Shown one piece after another: positions 29,125-42,400 of a DNA stretch of 64,000 nt. The DNA is from Candidatus Latescibacterota bacterium (GTDB lineage Bacteria > Latescibacterota > UBA2968 > UBA8231). The notes under the pieces are model-generated. The model saw only the letters and a list, made by a program, of their open reading frames with translations, had not been told where the DNA came from and did not search any database. The first letter of the stretch is position 1. Every line of letters starts with the position of its first letter. The translations under genes and the position numbers were made by a program. The stretch is taken from the NCBI GenBank assembly GCA_965197905.1, contig CBDAOB010000003.1, positions 1,136,349-1,200,348 on the forward strand. The letters are read 5' to 3'.

Positions 29125-29969
29125 CCCTTGGCTCGCTCGCGGGATTTTTCCTGCAGCTGATAAAGCGAGCGCGCCTCTTCCCGGTAAAGCGGTACGGGGA
29201 ATTGGGTCATGGTGAAACGCGCCATGCGCGGATGATTGCCGCGCACAAGCACCGCGTTCTCTTCGATGATCGGCGTGACTCCGGTGAGCAGCGGCACGGC
29301 GTCGGCGGCCCGATAGCTGAGAATAAGGGTTCGCCGAGAACGGTTGGAGCGATTGGTGACCGAGGCGTGCGGCGTCATCGCGTGCATGAAGATGGCGGTG
29401 CCAGCCGCCGCCGGCACCGAAACTGCTGCGGTATCATCGAGGTTGTCGACAACACGACCTTGAAAATACCCGTCGGTGCTGTGTTCGAAGGTGCCCCCAA
29501 GGTGTTGCCCGGGTATCATCTGCAGGCAGCCGTTCTCCTCATCGGTGTCATCCAGGTAAAAAAGAACGGCCAATGAATCGCGGTTGGTGAGCGGGTAGTA
29601 GGTCAGGTCCTGGTGCCACTCCACCACTGATCCGATCTTCGCCGGCTTCATGTTGACCTTACTGTAATGAAAGATGATGTCGGGCCCCACCAACTGTTCG
29701 ACGCAGTCGAGCACATGGTCCGCTCTCGCAAGGTTCTTGAAACTCTCGTAGTTCGTGCACGGCTCGTAGAGCCGGCGCACCTGAGTCCCCTCCGGAGGTT
29801 GATCCGGCTCCATTTCCATCAACGTTGAATCGTGGTTTGACAGAGTGTTTCCGCTACTGATCTCCTCGATCTCGGCAAGGTAGGCGGCCACCACGCCGGT
29901 ATCGAGCAGGTTCGGATACACGGTGAAACCGTTCTCGCGGTATTCGTCGACCTGGATCTGTGTTAGCAT
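29121..29969 (-). CDS. Phytanoyl-CoA dioxygenase (PhyH) family protein
   Basis: YRENGF, WHQD, NGCLQMIPGQH, HAMTPHAS..NRS..RR. Confidence 0.9.
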   Translation of the reverse strand: MLTQIQVDEYRENGFTVYPNLLDTGVVAAYLAEIEEISSGNTLSNHDSTLMEMEPDQPPEGTQVRRLYEPCTNYESFKNLARADHVLDCVEQLVGPDIIFHYSKVNMKPAKIGSVVEWHQDLTYYPLTNRDSLAVLFYLDDTDEENGCLQMIPGQHLGGTFEHSTDGYFQGRVVDNLDDTAAVSVPAAAGTAIFMHAMTPHASVTNRSNRSRRTLILSYRAADAVPLLTGVTPIIEENAVLVRGNHPRMARFTMTQFPVPLYREEARSLYQLQEKSRERAKG

Positions 29970-30067
29970 AACATCTGTTCCTGTGGAGGATTGTTGTTTG
30001 TAGAATAAAGGTTGAGGTGGTTAGATTCAATAGACATTATTGCTGCACTACCCCTCAGGATCACATC

Positions 30068-30847
30068 ATGGCGAACCTCCCGAAATTCATCGCGTGCGCA
30101 ACGCTTGTCATGATTCTTTGGCCGGCGGAGTCTGAGGGCGACGTTGGCCTCAACGTTTATACCGGGGGCGGCACGTTGCCCGTCACGACGGACGGGTTTG
30201 CCGATCTTCACGTCTCCGACTGGGAGAAATACGGGACCGGGGGTGCGGAAGGCCGCGTTTATCTGCCCTTTGGCGACGTGAACGTAGACGGCCAGCAACC
30301 CACCTTCTTTCTTGGAGTCGAAGGGACGGAAGTGCCGGCCCTGTTCGAGATTCAGATGACCTCGAAGGACGGTCTGGACTACGGGCAGCTCTTGTTGGGC
30401 TGGCGTTTCCATTTGAAGCAAGGCTCCAGTTATTCGTTCGACTTCATACCGAAGCTTGGAGCGGGCGTAGGCTTGGTTGAGTTCGGGAAAGTCGAGATTC
30501 TCGAAGGCAAGACCCCACCTGTGATCCTCGACAAGGGCACCGTCCACGTCGGCGACGAGATTCGCGCCGAGCTTTTCGGAGGTGTCTTGCAGGCCGTTGT
30601 CAGCGCCAATATTACGTTGGCCGGCGGGGTCAATATTCTGGCTCAGGGTGGGTGGAATCTGGCGTTTCTCCCCGATCTGGACCTTCGCACCGATCCGAAA
30701 GATTCCGAATTCGATGAGGTCAAGCTCAACGGCGACGACGAGGCGTTGGTCAAGCCCGAGATCGGCAGCACCGAACAAGCCGGCGTGGAACCCAAGGTCA
30801 AGTCGAACGGGTATGTCGCTATGCTGTCGGTGGGATACCGATTCTAA
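30068..30847 (+). CDS. Hypothetical exported protein, probable outer-membrane beta-barrel
   Basis: Signal peptide MANLPKFIACATLVMILWPAESEG, amphipathic strands, C-terminal LSVGYRF. Confidence 0.6.
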   Translation: MANLPKFIACATLVMILWPAESEGDVGLNVYTGGGTLPVTTDGFADLHVSDWEKYGTGGAEGRVYLPFGDVNVDGQQPTFFLGVEGTEVPALFEIQMTSKDGLDYGQLLLGWRFHLKQGSSYSFDFIPKLGAGVGLVEFGKVEILEGKTPPVILDKGTVHVGDEIRAELFGGVLQAVVSANITLAGGVNILAQGGWNLAFLPDLDLRTDPKDSEFDEVKLNGDDEALVKPEIGSTEQAGVEPKVKSNGYVAMLSVGYRF

Positions 30848-31837
30848 GTGCCCCTCGCCCGCGGTGAAAGAGCGCCCGACTTCGTTCTGCCCATCCAGGA
30901 TGGAGGCCCGACGCGATTCTACGGACATGCAGGCGGCCGGCCTACACTTCTCGTTTTCGCCGACGAAAGGCAACTCGACCACCTGATCCGGATCTACCCG
31001 GTTCAGTCGGATTTCGATCTGTTTGCGGTGGTTCGCAATCCGCCGGCGGTTTCGACCCCACCTTTCACTCTGTTCATCGATGACGACGGCTCGATTGCAT
31101 CCGCCTTCAAGGTAGAAGACCAAGGCGTGGTGGCTTACGTGCTGGATCTCAATCTGCGCGTGCTTTATACCTTCGAGCTGGACGACTCCTCAGATTCGAT
31201 CCAGCTCACCCAGGCTGCGCTGGATGAGCACGCGACCTACCATAGAGCCCGGTCGATAACTCACGCTGCTCCTGTTCTCATGATCCCGAACGCGTTGGAT
31301 GCCGAGATCTGCGAACATCTCATAGAGGTCTGGGAATGCGGGGAGACTGAGTTAACCGGTGTGGAACAATCCGCGGCGGGTCGGCGTGAGGAAAACGTTG
31401 CTGATGACCTGAAACGCCGGCGGGATCTCACCGTGAACGACGGGTCGCTGATCAAGCTACTTAGTTCGAATGTCGGCCGACGGGTGATCCCGGAGCTGCG
31501 CAAAGCGTTCGCCTATCACGCAACCAGATTCGAGGGTTTCAAGATCGTCTGTTATGAGGCGGAGGTTGGGGGTTTCTTCCATGCCCACCGCGACAACCTG
31601 AGTCCGTCTACGGCACATCGCCGTTTCGCCATGAGCCTAAATTTGAACCAGGAATACGATGGTGGGCAGCTCCGCTTTCCCGAGTACGGTGAGGAACTAT
31701 ACAGACCCGATTCGGGGGCGGCGGTCCTCTTTTCATGTTCCCATCTACACGAGGTGCTGCCGGTTACGGCGGGTCAACGATTCGCGCTGCTGTCGTTTCT
31801 GTTTGGAGATGAGGTCGAGAGGGGAGAAAAGAATTGA
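30848..31837 (+). CDS. Redoxin-fold + 2OG-Fe(II) oxygenase fusion protein
   Basis: GERAPDFVLP..GRPTLLVF N-terminus; HRD, YDGGQLRF, HEVLPVTAGQRF. Confidence 0.82.
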   Translation: MPLARGERAPDFVLPIQDGGPTRFYGHAGGRPTLLVFADERQLDHLIRIYPVQSDFDLFAVVRNPPAVSTPPFTLFIDDDGSIASAFKVEDQGVVAYVLDLNLRVLYTFELDDSSDSIQLTQAALDEHATYHRARSITHAAPVLMIPNALDAEICEHLIEVWECGETELTGVEQSAAGRREENVADDLKRRRDLTVNDGSLIKLLSSNVGRRVIPELRKAFAYHATRFEGFKIVCYEAEVGGFFHAHRDNLSPSTAHRRFAMSLNLNQEYDGGQLRFPEYGEELYRPDSGAAVLFSCSHLHEVLPVTAGQRFALLSFLFGDEVERGEKN

Positions 31838-31859
31838 CAGAGGGTTCGAGGCACTGGCA

Positions 31860-33065
31860 CTACCCCGCTCTGCGCTCACCACCGATCTTGCTCGCCTCGG
31901 GCAGCTGCCGCAAGCGGTACATCGACCATGCTCCAAACGCCGGCCCGATGGCTAGGACCGCAAACGCCCATTCCCAACCCAACCGCTCGACGCAGACCGG
32001 CAATAACCGGATGGACCCCATCGTCAAGAGGAATCCAATGCAGGTCTGCAGCGTCAGCGCGGTTCCCACGTAGGCTGGCTCCGACAGTTCGGTAATGCTG
32101 GCTGAAAACTGCGCCGAGTCGGCGACGATGACGAACCCCCACAGCAGACAAAGGGCAACGAGCGCCCAGGCAGGTCCGTTAAACAGCAATCCCACCACCA
32201 GACAGCAGCCGCCGCTGATCACCATGGAGACGATGGTGATCGTGGTCCGTCCGTACCGATCGGCCAGCAAACCCGCAATCACACATCCGATTCCACCAAT
32301 GCCCACCACAGCAAAGGTGGCGATCGCCGAGGTCATGGCGGCATCCTTCATCTGCATCTGCTGAAAGCTGGCCAGGAAGAACAGGGATATCCAGGTCCAG
32401 ACGGCGTAGAGCTCCCACTGGTGGCCAAGGTATCCGAAGTTCGCCAAACGCACTCCCCGGTCGGCCCAGGCGCGGCCGATGTAGCGCCAGTCGAAACGGG
32501 CGCCGCCGGCCTGGTGTGGCCCGTCCTTCACAAACACGAGACAGATGAGGCCGGCGAGAAGCGACGATGCGGAAGCGATGAGCATCAGGCTGCGCCAATC
32601 GGGTCCGCCCAGCACCTTGAACAAGTGGGGTGAGGCGGAGCCCAGGGTCAGGGCGCCGACCAGCATACCGATCGCCATGCCTCGCCCTTCCTTGAACCAG
32701 CTGGCCATGATCTTCATGCCCGGGGGGTAGACGCCGGCGAGGCAAACGCCGGTCAGGAAACGGAGCACTAGCGCCGGGCTCAGCGCGTCGGCGAACAATC
32801 CAATGGCCCCGTTGAAGAGGGCACCAAGGAGTGCGCAGAGAGCAAACAGATAGCGGGCGTTGAAGATGTCGGGAAGATTGAAGAAAGCGCTGAAGAAGGT
32901 TCCGAACACAAAACCTATCTGCACCGACATGGTCAGCCAGGCCTGGTCGCCGTCGTCCAATGCCCATTCCGCCGCCAGCGAGGGTATTACCGCGGTGGCG
33001 GAGAACCACAGGGATAGACCCAGGAGCTCAGCAAGGGACAGCGAAAAGAGAACTCGCCACTTCAT
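31860..33065 (-). CDS. MFS transporter
   Basis: ~12 TM helices, LAGVYPPGMK, LADRYGR, ADSAQFS. Confidence 0.9.
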   Translation of the reverse strand: MKWRVLFSLSLAELLGLSLWFSATAVIPSLAAEWALDDGDQAWLTMSVQIGFVFGTFFSAFFNLPDIFNARYLFALCALLGALFNGAIGLFADALSPALVLRFLTGVCLAGVYPPGMKIMASWFKEGRGMAIGMLVGALTLGSASPHLFKVLGGPDWRSLMLIASASSLLAGLICLVFVKDGPHQAGGARFDWRYIGRAWADRGVRLANFGYLGHQWELYAVWTWISLFFLASFQQMQMKDAAMTSAIATFAVVGIGGIGCVIAGLLADRYGRTTITIVSMVISGGCCLVVGLLFNGPAWALVALCLLWGFVIVADSAQFSASITELSEPAYVGTALTLQTCIGFLLTMGSIRLLPVCVERLGWEWAFAVLAIGPAFGAWSMYRLRQLPEASKIGGERRAG

Positions 33066-33429
33066 CGAAACATCGGCTCAACCGGTTTGTGCCGCAATAT
33101 TAGGTGAAAACAGATACATATACCTAGGTTTGTATAAATATTGATCCCAAATACAGTTCAATATTTCTGGTTTTTTATTCTGAAATGTGGAGCCAAAAGG
33201 ATTACATTCTGAGATTCTGTCAAGTGTCGAATCTACAATCTCTTATGACGACTGAAGTTTTCTTTGATCACGTGACTCGCATCACACATTCTCCTCTCTT
33301 CACTAGTTATGATAGGCACGTCGACAGCGCCCTAGCCGAACCTCCAGTGGATCGACAGCCCACATTATAGTTAAGCTGCGGCCAAATGGACCAGAAGATC
33401 CTGCACCGATTTATCTCCAACGGTATGGA

Positions 33430-36400
33430 ATGTCCGTAACTGGTAGCTCGAAGATTCGCAACGCCAGCTTGCCCGCCCGGGTTGCTGTCGGAGCCGTTTC
33501 TCTCGCGCTTCTGTTGTGTGCTGTCTCACCACTGTCAGCACAGACTTGCCAGGTGAAAAGCGTCCAGAAGATCGCCGACAACACCGGCGGTTTTGGCGTT
33601 ACCCTCACGAACAGTGACAATTTCGGGGTCTCCGTTGTCGCCATCGGCGATCTGGATAACGACGGCGTCGAAGACCTTGCCGTGGGGGCGCACAACGACG
33701 ACACCGGTGGCGCCGGTCGGGGCGCACTGTATGTGCTGTTGATGAACAGCAACGGCACGGTAAAGAGCCACCAGAAGATCGCCGACAACACCGGCGGCTT
33801 CGGCGTCACTCTCACCAACAGCGATTTCTTCGGTGTCTCGGTAGCTGCATTGGGGGACCTGGACGACGATGGGGTGAAGGACCTGGCTGTGGGTGCGTTC
33901 TTCGATGACACCGGCGGCACCGGTCGTGGCGCCGTCTACGTACTGTTCATGAACACAAACGGCACGGTAAAGAGCCACCAGAAGATCGCCGACAACACCG
34001 GGGGATTCGGCGTGACACTCACAGACAGCGACGCTTTCGGGGCAGCTGTTGTGGGTCTCGGGGATCTGGACAACGACGGGGTAGAAGATCTGGCCATAGG
34101 AGCAAAAAGTGACGACACCGGAGGCACTGATCGCGGCGCGGTCTACGTTCTGTTCATGAACACCAATGGCACGGTCAAGAGCTCGCAGAAGATTGCCGAC
34201 AATACTGGTGGGTTCGGGGTAACCCTTGCAGACAGTGACTTCTTCGGCGGCAGGCTGGCCGCCCTGGGCGATTTCGATGGGGACGGGATCGAAGACCTGG
34301 CGTCGGGCGCACAGAACGACGATACAGGTGGCACCGACCGCGGTGCGTTCTATGTGCTGCTGTTGAACAGCGACGGTACGGTGAAGAGCCACCAGAAGAT
34401 TGCTGACAATACAGGAGGTTTCAACGTTACGCTCACCGACAGTGACGTCTTCGGAGGATCTTCGGTAACGAACCTGGGCGACCTTGATGGAGACGGAGTG
34501 GCGGATCTCGCCGCCGGGGCAATGCTCGACGACACCGGCGGTACCGACAGGGGCGCGCTGTATCTGCTGTTGATGAACAGCAACAGCACCGTCAAGAGCA
34601 ACTTCAAGATCGCCGACAATACCGGGGGCTTTGACTTCGCTCTGACGAATACGGCTCGTTTCGGAATCGCGGCGGTGGGCTTGGGGGATCTCGACGGTGA
34701 CGGTGTCGGAGACCTGGCGATAGGAGCCGACAAGGACGATACCGGCGGCACCGATCGCGGTGCTCTATGGGTGGTGTTCCTGACCAAGGTACCCACCATC
34801 ACTGCCATCAGTCCGAAGACAGGCAAGGTAGGTGATTCGGTAACCATCACCGGCACCGAGTTCGATGCCACCGCAGCGAACAACAAAGTGTTCTTCGGGG
34901 CGACGAAAGCGACGGTGACGGCGGCGTCGCTTTCGTCGCTGACCGTCACCGTGCCGACGGGTGCGACATTCGGCCCCTTGCAGGTGATCGTGCACAACCG
35001 CACCGCAGAGTCGGACGATTTCTTTCAACCCACCTTCTCCGGCGAGTTCCCTACCATAGACGCTTCGACTCTGGCGGCCAAGGTAGACTTTGCCACCGGC
35101 ACCGATCCGGTCAGCGTCCACCTGGCTGATTTCGATGGCGACGGCAAGGTAGACATGGCGGTGTCCAACTCGACAACCAACAACGTTTCAGTCTTTGAGA
35201 ACACCAGCTCCGGTTCCATTACCTTCGCCGCCAAGGCCGATTTTGCCGCGGGCACGAGTCCTTGGGGTATGGACGTAGGCGACCTGGATGGAGACGGGCT
35301 TCTGGATATGGCCGCGCCCAACAACACGACCAACAACGTCTCGGTCTTTCGCAACACCAGCTCCGGATCCATATCGTTCGCGGCGAAGGTGGATTTCGCG
35401 TCGGGCACGGTTCCCAACGACCTCGCCTTCGCCGACTTCGACGGCGACGGAAAACTGGACATGGTGACAGCGAACAACACCGCTACCACCGCCTCCGTTT
35501 TCCGAAATACAAGCACCTCGGGTAGCATCACCGCTGCCTCCTTCAGCGCCAAAGTCGATTTCACGACGGGAACGACGCCATCTGCGGTCGAAGTGGCAGA
35601 CATAGACGGAGATGGGGAAACGGATTTCGTGGTCACCAACTTTGCCACCGACAACGTCTCCGTGTTCCGAAACACCAGCACAGCTGGGACGATCGATGCC
35701 GCTTCATTCGCTGCCAAGGTGGATTTTGCTTCGGGCACAGGTCCACGCTTCTTGGCCTTGGGGGACGTGGATGGCAATGGCAAACCAGAGATGGTGGTCG
35801 CCAACGAAACCGCAAACACCATCTCGATCTTTCGCAATACTGCAGTTTCCGGCATGATCACCGGGGGATCGTTTGCCGCCAAAGTCGACTACACCGTTCA
35901 AACCGACCCTTACAACATAGCTTTCGGAGACCTCGATGGAGACAACAAGCCCGATATTGCCGTTTCTCATCGAACCACCGCAGCCTTCTCCCTCTTTCGC
36001 AACAAGAGCGTTTCAGGAACCATCGACGCCAATTCGCTCGACACCAGAGTGGATTTTACCACGGCCAACGACTTGAGGGGTGTAGCGATCGGCGACCTCG
36101 ACGGAGATCAAAAACCCGATGTGGTGGTGACCGATTTTACCGCGAACAACCTGTCGGTATTTCGCAATCTGACTCCAACGACGCTGGCGCCGACGATCAC
36201 GTCCGTTTCGCCGCTGCTCGGAAAGATCGGTGATACGATAACGATCACCGGCACGAACTTCGACGCTACGACAACCAACAACACCGTCTACATCGGCGGC
36301 ATCAAGGCGACAGTGGTTACCGCTTCGGCCACGACGTTGACAGTTACGATGCCGGCGGGTGCGACGGTCGGGCCAGTGCGGGTCACGGTAAAAGAGCGGA

Positions 36401-39400
36401 CAGCGGTATCCAATAAGATCCTGGGAGCCACTTATTCGGGGGCCGATCAGACGATCACAGCCGGCGTTTTGGCAGAAGCCGTCGACTTCACAGCGGGCAC
36501 AGGACCAACCGGTGCCATTGCAGCCGACATAGACGGCAATGGCGTGACCGACATCGTGCTCTCCAACTTTACCTCCAACACGCTATCCGTGCATCGGAAC
36601 ACCAGCACCGCCGGCGCCATCAATGCAGGTTCGTTCGCCGCCAAGGTGGACGTCAACACCGGAACCACTCCAAGATGGCTGACTGTTCACGACTTCGACG
36701 GTGACGGTCTGCTCGACCTGGCGACTGCGGCCGGCGGTACGGACAATCTTGAGGTCTACCGCAACACCAGTATGGTTGCCTCCGTATCGTTTGCCGGGGC
36801 CGTCACCTTCGCTACCAACAATGACCCGAACGTGGTGGCGGCGAGCGACATAGACGGGGATGGAAAGCTCGATATCGGGGTCACGACCTGGAACGGTGGT
36901 GCGGGGACGACTGTTTCGCTGTACCGCAACGAGAGCTCCAATGGAGTGATCAACTTCGCGGCAAAGTCCGACGTCACTACGGGCACGGGCCCCGAGCGTG
37001 TCGCTTTCGGGGACGTGGACGGCGACGGCAAGCATGACATGGCGGTTGCTAACAGCGCCGGCAACAACGTCTCCGTTTATCGGAACACCAGTACCGCGGG
37101 CACGATCGACGGATCCACCTTTGCCGCGGCGGTGAACTTCGCTGTTGGTACAACGCCTCAAGATGTACGACTCGCCGATGTGGACGGTGGTGGGGCTCTG
37201 GATCTGCTCGTTACCAATACGGCGTCCAATTCGTTTTCGGTTCTGAGAAATACCGCTATTTCAGGTGTCATCAATGCTTCCTCCTTCGCCGCAAAGCAGG
37301 ATTTCACGACCGGTACACTTCCCAGAGCGCTCGCGATCGGTGACCTGTCGGGTAACGGCAGGCCGGATCTCGTCACGTCCAACGGCACAGCGAATACGAC
37401 CTCGTTGTTTCGCAACAACGGCTCTTCAGGCTCCGTCTCGTTCGCCGCAAAGGTGGACCTCACGACGGGGACCGGTCCGTATGGAAACGTCATCGCCGAT
37501 TTCGATGGCGACGGGCGACCAGAGCTGGCGCATACGAACTTCACCGACAACGACGTTTCGGTATTGCACAATATCGCCGACCCGCCGAGGATTACGTCCG
37601 GCAGTCCACAGACCGGGAAGGTGGGTGACGCCGTCGCCATCAACGGCGAAAATTTCGATCCGACCTTCGGCAACAACACCGTCTACTTCGGCCCGACGAA
37701 AGCGACCGTTACTGCCGGATCGGCCACTTCACTGACGACATCGGTTCCGACGGGTGCCACCTTCGGACCGATCAGTGTTACTGCCAAACAACGGACCGCC
37801 ATATCGGACAAACCCTTTCTGCCCACCTTCGGCGGCGAGTTCCCGACGATTGATGCATCCACCTTCGCGGCAAAGCAGGACTTCACGGCGGGGACAGGTC
37901 CGCAGTATGTCGCCACGGGTGACCTGGACGGCGATGGAAAGACCGACATGGTTGTTGGGAACTTCACCGCAGCAACGGTATCGGTGTTCCGAAATACCAG
38001 CACTAGCGGCACCATCGACGGCTCCTCGTTTGCCGCGAAGGTTGACCTGACGGCTGACACGCAAACTCGCGGCGTAGCAGTAGGTGATCTGGACGGCGAC
38101 GGCAAGCTCGACATCGCCGTGACCAACTCGGGGGCCAATTCGGTATCGTTGTTCCACAACATGAGCTCTGTTGGTTCGATCTCATTTGCGGCGAAGGTGG
38201 ACTTCACCACCGGCGCCGCACCGTTCGCTGTTGAAATCAATGATCTGGACGGCGACGGAAAACCGGACCTGGCAGTAGCCAACAAGACCGCGAACACGGT
38301 TTCCGTTTTTCGCAACTTAAGTGTAAGCGGTACCATCGATGCTTCGTCGTTCGCGGCCAAGGTAGATTACACGCCTGGAACGGATCTCCGGTTGTTAGCT
38401 CTGGGGGATTTGGATGGCGATGGTGCACCGGACATGGCTGTTGCCAATCGAACGTCGAATAATCTGTCAGTGTTCCGGAACACAGCTACAGCCGGTACGA
38501 TTGACGCTTCTTCATTTGCCGCAAAGGTCGACTTCACGACCGGTACGAATCCGAACGGAGTCGCGATAGGCGATCTTGACGGCAATGGACAGCCGGAGCT
38601 GGTCGTTTCGAACGAAGCGAACAATCTATCTGTTTTTCGCAATACGGCCGTGTCCGGTGTCATCAACGCTGGCTCGTTTGCCGCAAAGATTGATTATACC
38701 ACCGCCGTAGGGCCGAGCGGTCTGGCCATGGGTGATATCGACGGTGACGGCAAGCTGGACATCGCAACCGCCATAGGTGGTGGGGCCGACGTTGTATCGG
38801 TTTTTCGAAATACCAGTGTGACGGGAACGATCGACGCGAATTCACTTGCGCCCAAAGTCGATTTTGCTACTACCTCCGACGTGATCGGTCTGGCGATCGC
38901 AGACCTCGATGGCGACGAAAAGCCCGAAATTGCTGTGGTAAACAATACCGGAGCTGCGGTGTCGGTTTTTCATAATATCACGCCCACCGTACCGGCGCCG
39001 ACTATCACCTCCTTTACACCCACGTCTGCGAAACCAGGTGAGTTGGTCACGATCACCGGCACCAACTTCGACACGACACCTGGGAACAACACGGTGTTCT
39101 TCGATCCAATCAAAGCGACGGTGACCTCGGCTTCAGCGACGTCACTCACGGTCACGGTGCCGGACGGCGCGGGTTACGGTCCCTTGACCGTGACCCGCAA
39201 AGAACGCACGGCGATATCGGACGATTATTTTCTGCCTACCTACGGTGGTGTAGCTCAGACGATCGCGGACGGCACCCTGGCAAGTCAGATTACCTTCGCG
39301 ACCGGCGTGAATCCAAATGGGACTGGAACGGCCGATATCGATGGCGACGGGCTGCCGGAGCTCGTAACGGTGAACTTCGGCGGCAACAGTATTTCCGTTT

Positions 39401-42400
39401 TCCTCAATACGGGTACTGCCGGGGGGTTCAACGGCAGCTCTTTCGCCGCCAAGTCCGACTTCACCGTGGGTACGGGACCGGGTTACGCCGCCATAGGTGA
39501 CATCGACGGAGACGGTCTCCCCGATGTGGCGACATCGAATCTGTCGGCAAGCACCGCGTCGGTGCTGCGGAACATGAGCACAACGGGATCGCTCGCCTTC
39601 GACGCCAAGGTCGATTTCACGACTGGCACGTCACCTTCCGGCGTCGCCCTGGGTGATATAGACGGCGATGGCAAGCCGGACCTGGCCACACCGAACTTCG
39701 GCACCACAACAGTTTCTGTATTCCGGAATACGAGCAAGAGTGGCGCGATCGACGCAACATCATTCTCGCCGAAGGTGGATTTCACTGTTCTCACGCAACC
39801 GCACAATGTGGCTTTCGGTGATATCGATCAGGACGGTAAGCTCGATATGGTGGTGGTCAACCGTGGCTCCAACATGATCTCGGCTTTCCGCAATACGGCG
39901 ACGGCTGGCGAAATCACTGCTTCCTCCTTCGCAGCAAAGGTGGATGTCGCCACTGGAGCAACGCCGTTCACCGTAACACTCTCGGACTTCGACGGTGACG
40001 GCCTACTGGATGCGGCCGTTCCCAACAACGGGGCCGGCAATTTCTCGACGCTGCGCAACACCAGTATGACCGGTTCGATCTCCTTCGCCGCCGCCGTCGA
40101 CTTCACGGCAGGGACGGGACCATACGGATCGGCCGCTGGCGATATCGACGGCGATGGGCTTCCAGACGTGGCTATTCCAAACAACACTTCCAATACTACC
40201 TCGGTCTTCGAGAATACGAGTGTCTCTGGAACCATAAGTTTCGCAACCAAGGTCGACCTGACGACAGCCACCGGGCCACAAGGTGCTGCCATCGCCGATT
40301 TCGATGGCGACGATCGGCCCGATATTGCCATCTCCAGCTCGTCGAACAACCTGTCGATCTTTCACAACATCGCCGATCCGCCGACGATCAGCTCGTTTAC
40401 GCCCACGTCAGGGCACGTCACTAAGTCGATAACCGTAACCGGCGCCAACTTCGACACTACGCCGGCAAACAACATCCTCTTCTTCGGCGCCACCAAGGCG
40501 AATATAACGGCAGCAACTGCCACTTCGTTGACCGCAGATGCGCCACTGGGTGCCACGTTCTCGCCGCTGCACCTGGAAGTCAACGGGCGCACGGCGTTTT
40601 CAGACAAGCCGTACCTGCCAACCTACGCGGGCACGGCCACCATCGACGCGTCCTCATTCGTGGCGAAGGTAGACTTCGCCACCGGAACCACACCACAACC
40701 GTTGGTCGTTGGAGACATGGACGGTGACGGCAAGCCAGATCTGGTGATCTCCAACGATCCCGACATCGTGTCGGTACTGCGCAATACGAGCTCCACCGGC
40801 TCGATCACCGCAGGCTCGTTCGCGGCAAAAGTCGATTTCGCCACCTCTTCCACCCCCGTCGGCCTAGATCTGGGAGATCTGGACGGGGACGGAAAATTGG
40901 ACGTGGCTATCGCCAACAATCTCTCCACCTCCGTATCTCTGTTCAGAAACCTGAGCAGCTCGGGCAGTATTTCCTTGGCCGCCAAGGTCGATCACACGAC
41001 GGGTACTCAACCGACGGACGTGGCGATTGACGACCTGGACGGCGACGGCAAAGCCGACCTGGCGATTTCGAATCTGTCAACCAACAACGCATCGGTACTT
41101 CGCAACATCAGCGTCGAAGGTACCATCGACGCCAATTCCTTCGCGGCCAAACAGGACTATGCTACGGCTACCAGTCCCCAGGCGATCGCGGTGGCAGACA
41201 TCGACGGCGACGGAAAGCCGGATCTTCTGGTACCCGGATTCGGCACGAACCAGCTTTCGGTGCTGCGCAATACCTCAACTGCCGGCACGGTCGATGCGTC
41301 CTCGTTTGCCGCCAAGGTCGACTTTGCTACGGCCTCGATTCCAACCGACGTGATCACAGCCGATATCGATGGTGACACGAAACCTGATGTGATCGTACCT
41401 AACTTCAGTTCCACCTCGGTGTCGGTTTTCCGGAACAAGAGCATTAGCGGCACGATCGACGGCACATCGCTTGCCGCCAAGGTGGATTACACCCTAGGCG
41501 CGAGTCCGATAGCGGCGACTGCGGGAGATATGGACGGCGACGGTAAGATTGACCTGGCGGTTGCCAGCCAGGGATCTGATTTCGTTTCGGTGCTGCGCAA
41601 CCAAGCTGTGAGTGGGACTATCAACGCCGCGTCACTGGCGACCCGTGTCGATTACACCACCGGCGATCAGCCCTCTGGAACGGCCATGGGAGATCTGGAC
41701 GGGGATGGGAGATCCGACCTGGTAGTCACCAACAAAAACGACAATAATCTCTCGATCTTTCGCAATAAGTCCACGCTCAAAACCACAGGCTTGGCCGGCA
41801 CCTCAACCATGGCTCCAGGCGCCGAGGTGCAGCTGTTCCGCATAGGACTGGCCAGCTACGGCACCTACACCCTCAACAGCATCGCATTGGCCTTGTCGGA
41901 TTTGTCCACGGCGACGGGGATTACTTCGGGCGACCTGGATGTGCGACTCTACAAGAGTACCGATGAAACCTTCGACAGTGGCGACACCCACATCGGCACC
42001 CAGACCACGATCAATTTCGGCGGTACTACAACGATAACGCCGACGGCGACGGAGACGCCGCTCAATCATTCCTTTTACATTGTCACCGCCCGCATCAGCA
42101 CCACCCCGATCGATAAACACGCTTTCAAGCTCGGATTTACCCTCGACGGAGTAACCACTTCCGTCGGCTCCGAAGGTTTGGCGATCACGGCAAGTGATGC
42201 CAACAACGTGACCATCGACGTGGTGGCGACGAAATGGATATTTGTTTCTATCCCCACCGGAGGAACTCACCTTCAGGAACTGACGCCGCAACCGGGAATG
42301 GAAGCTCACGATGCTGCCGGCAACGTGGATCGGGATATCAACGGCACCGTAACGCTGACACTGAATCCATCCGGATCGCTCTCTCGCACCGCATTCACAG

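Noticed and set aside
29963..31123. Long antisense ORFs in the track (e.g. 29963-31123, 44335-45648, 46601-47875, 19183-20127)
   Set aside because: Shadow ORFs opposite well-supported genes in GC-rich DNA, with no recognisable motifs.
33540..41770. CRISPR array or non-coding tandem repeats
   Set aside because: The repeats are degenerate at third codon positions and lie in one open frame, so they are protein repeats.
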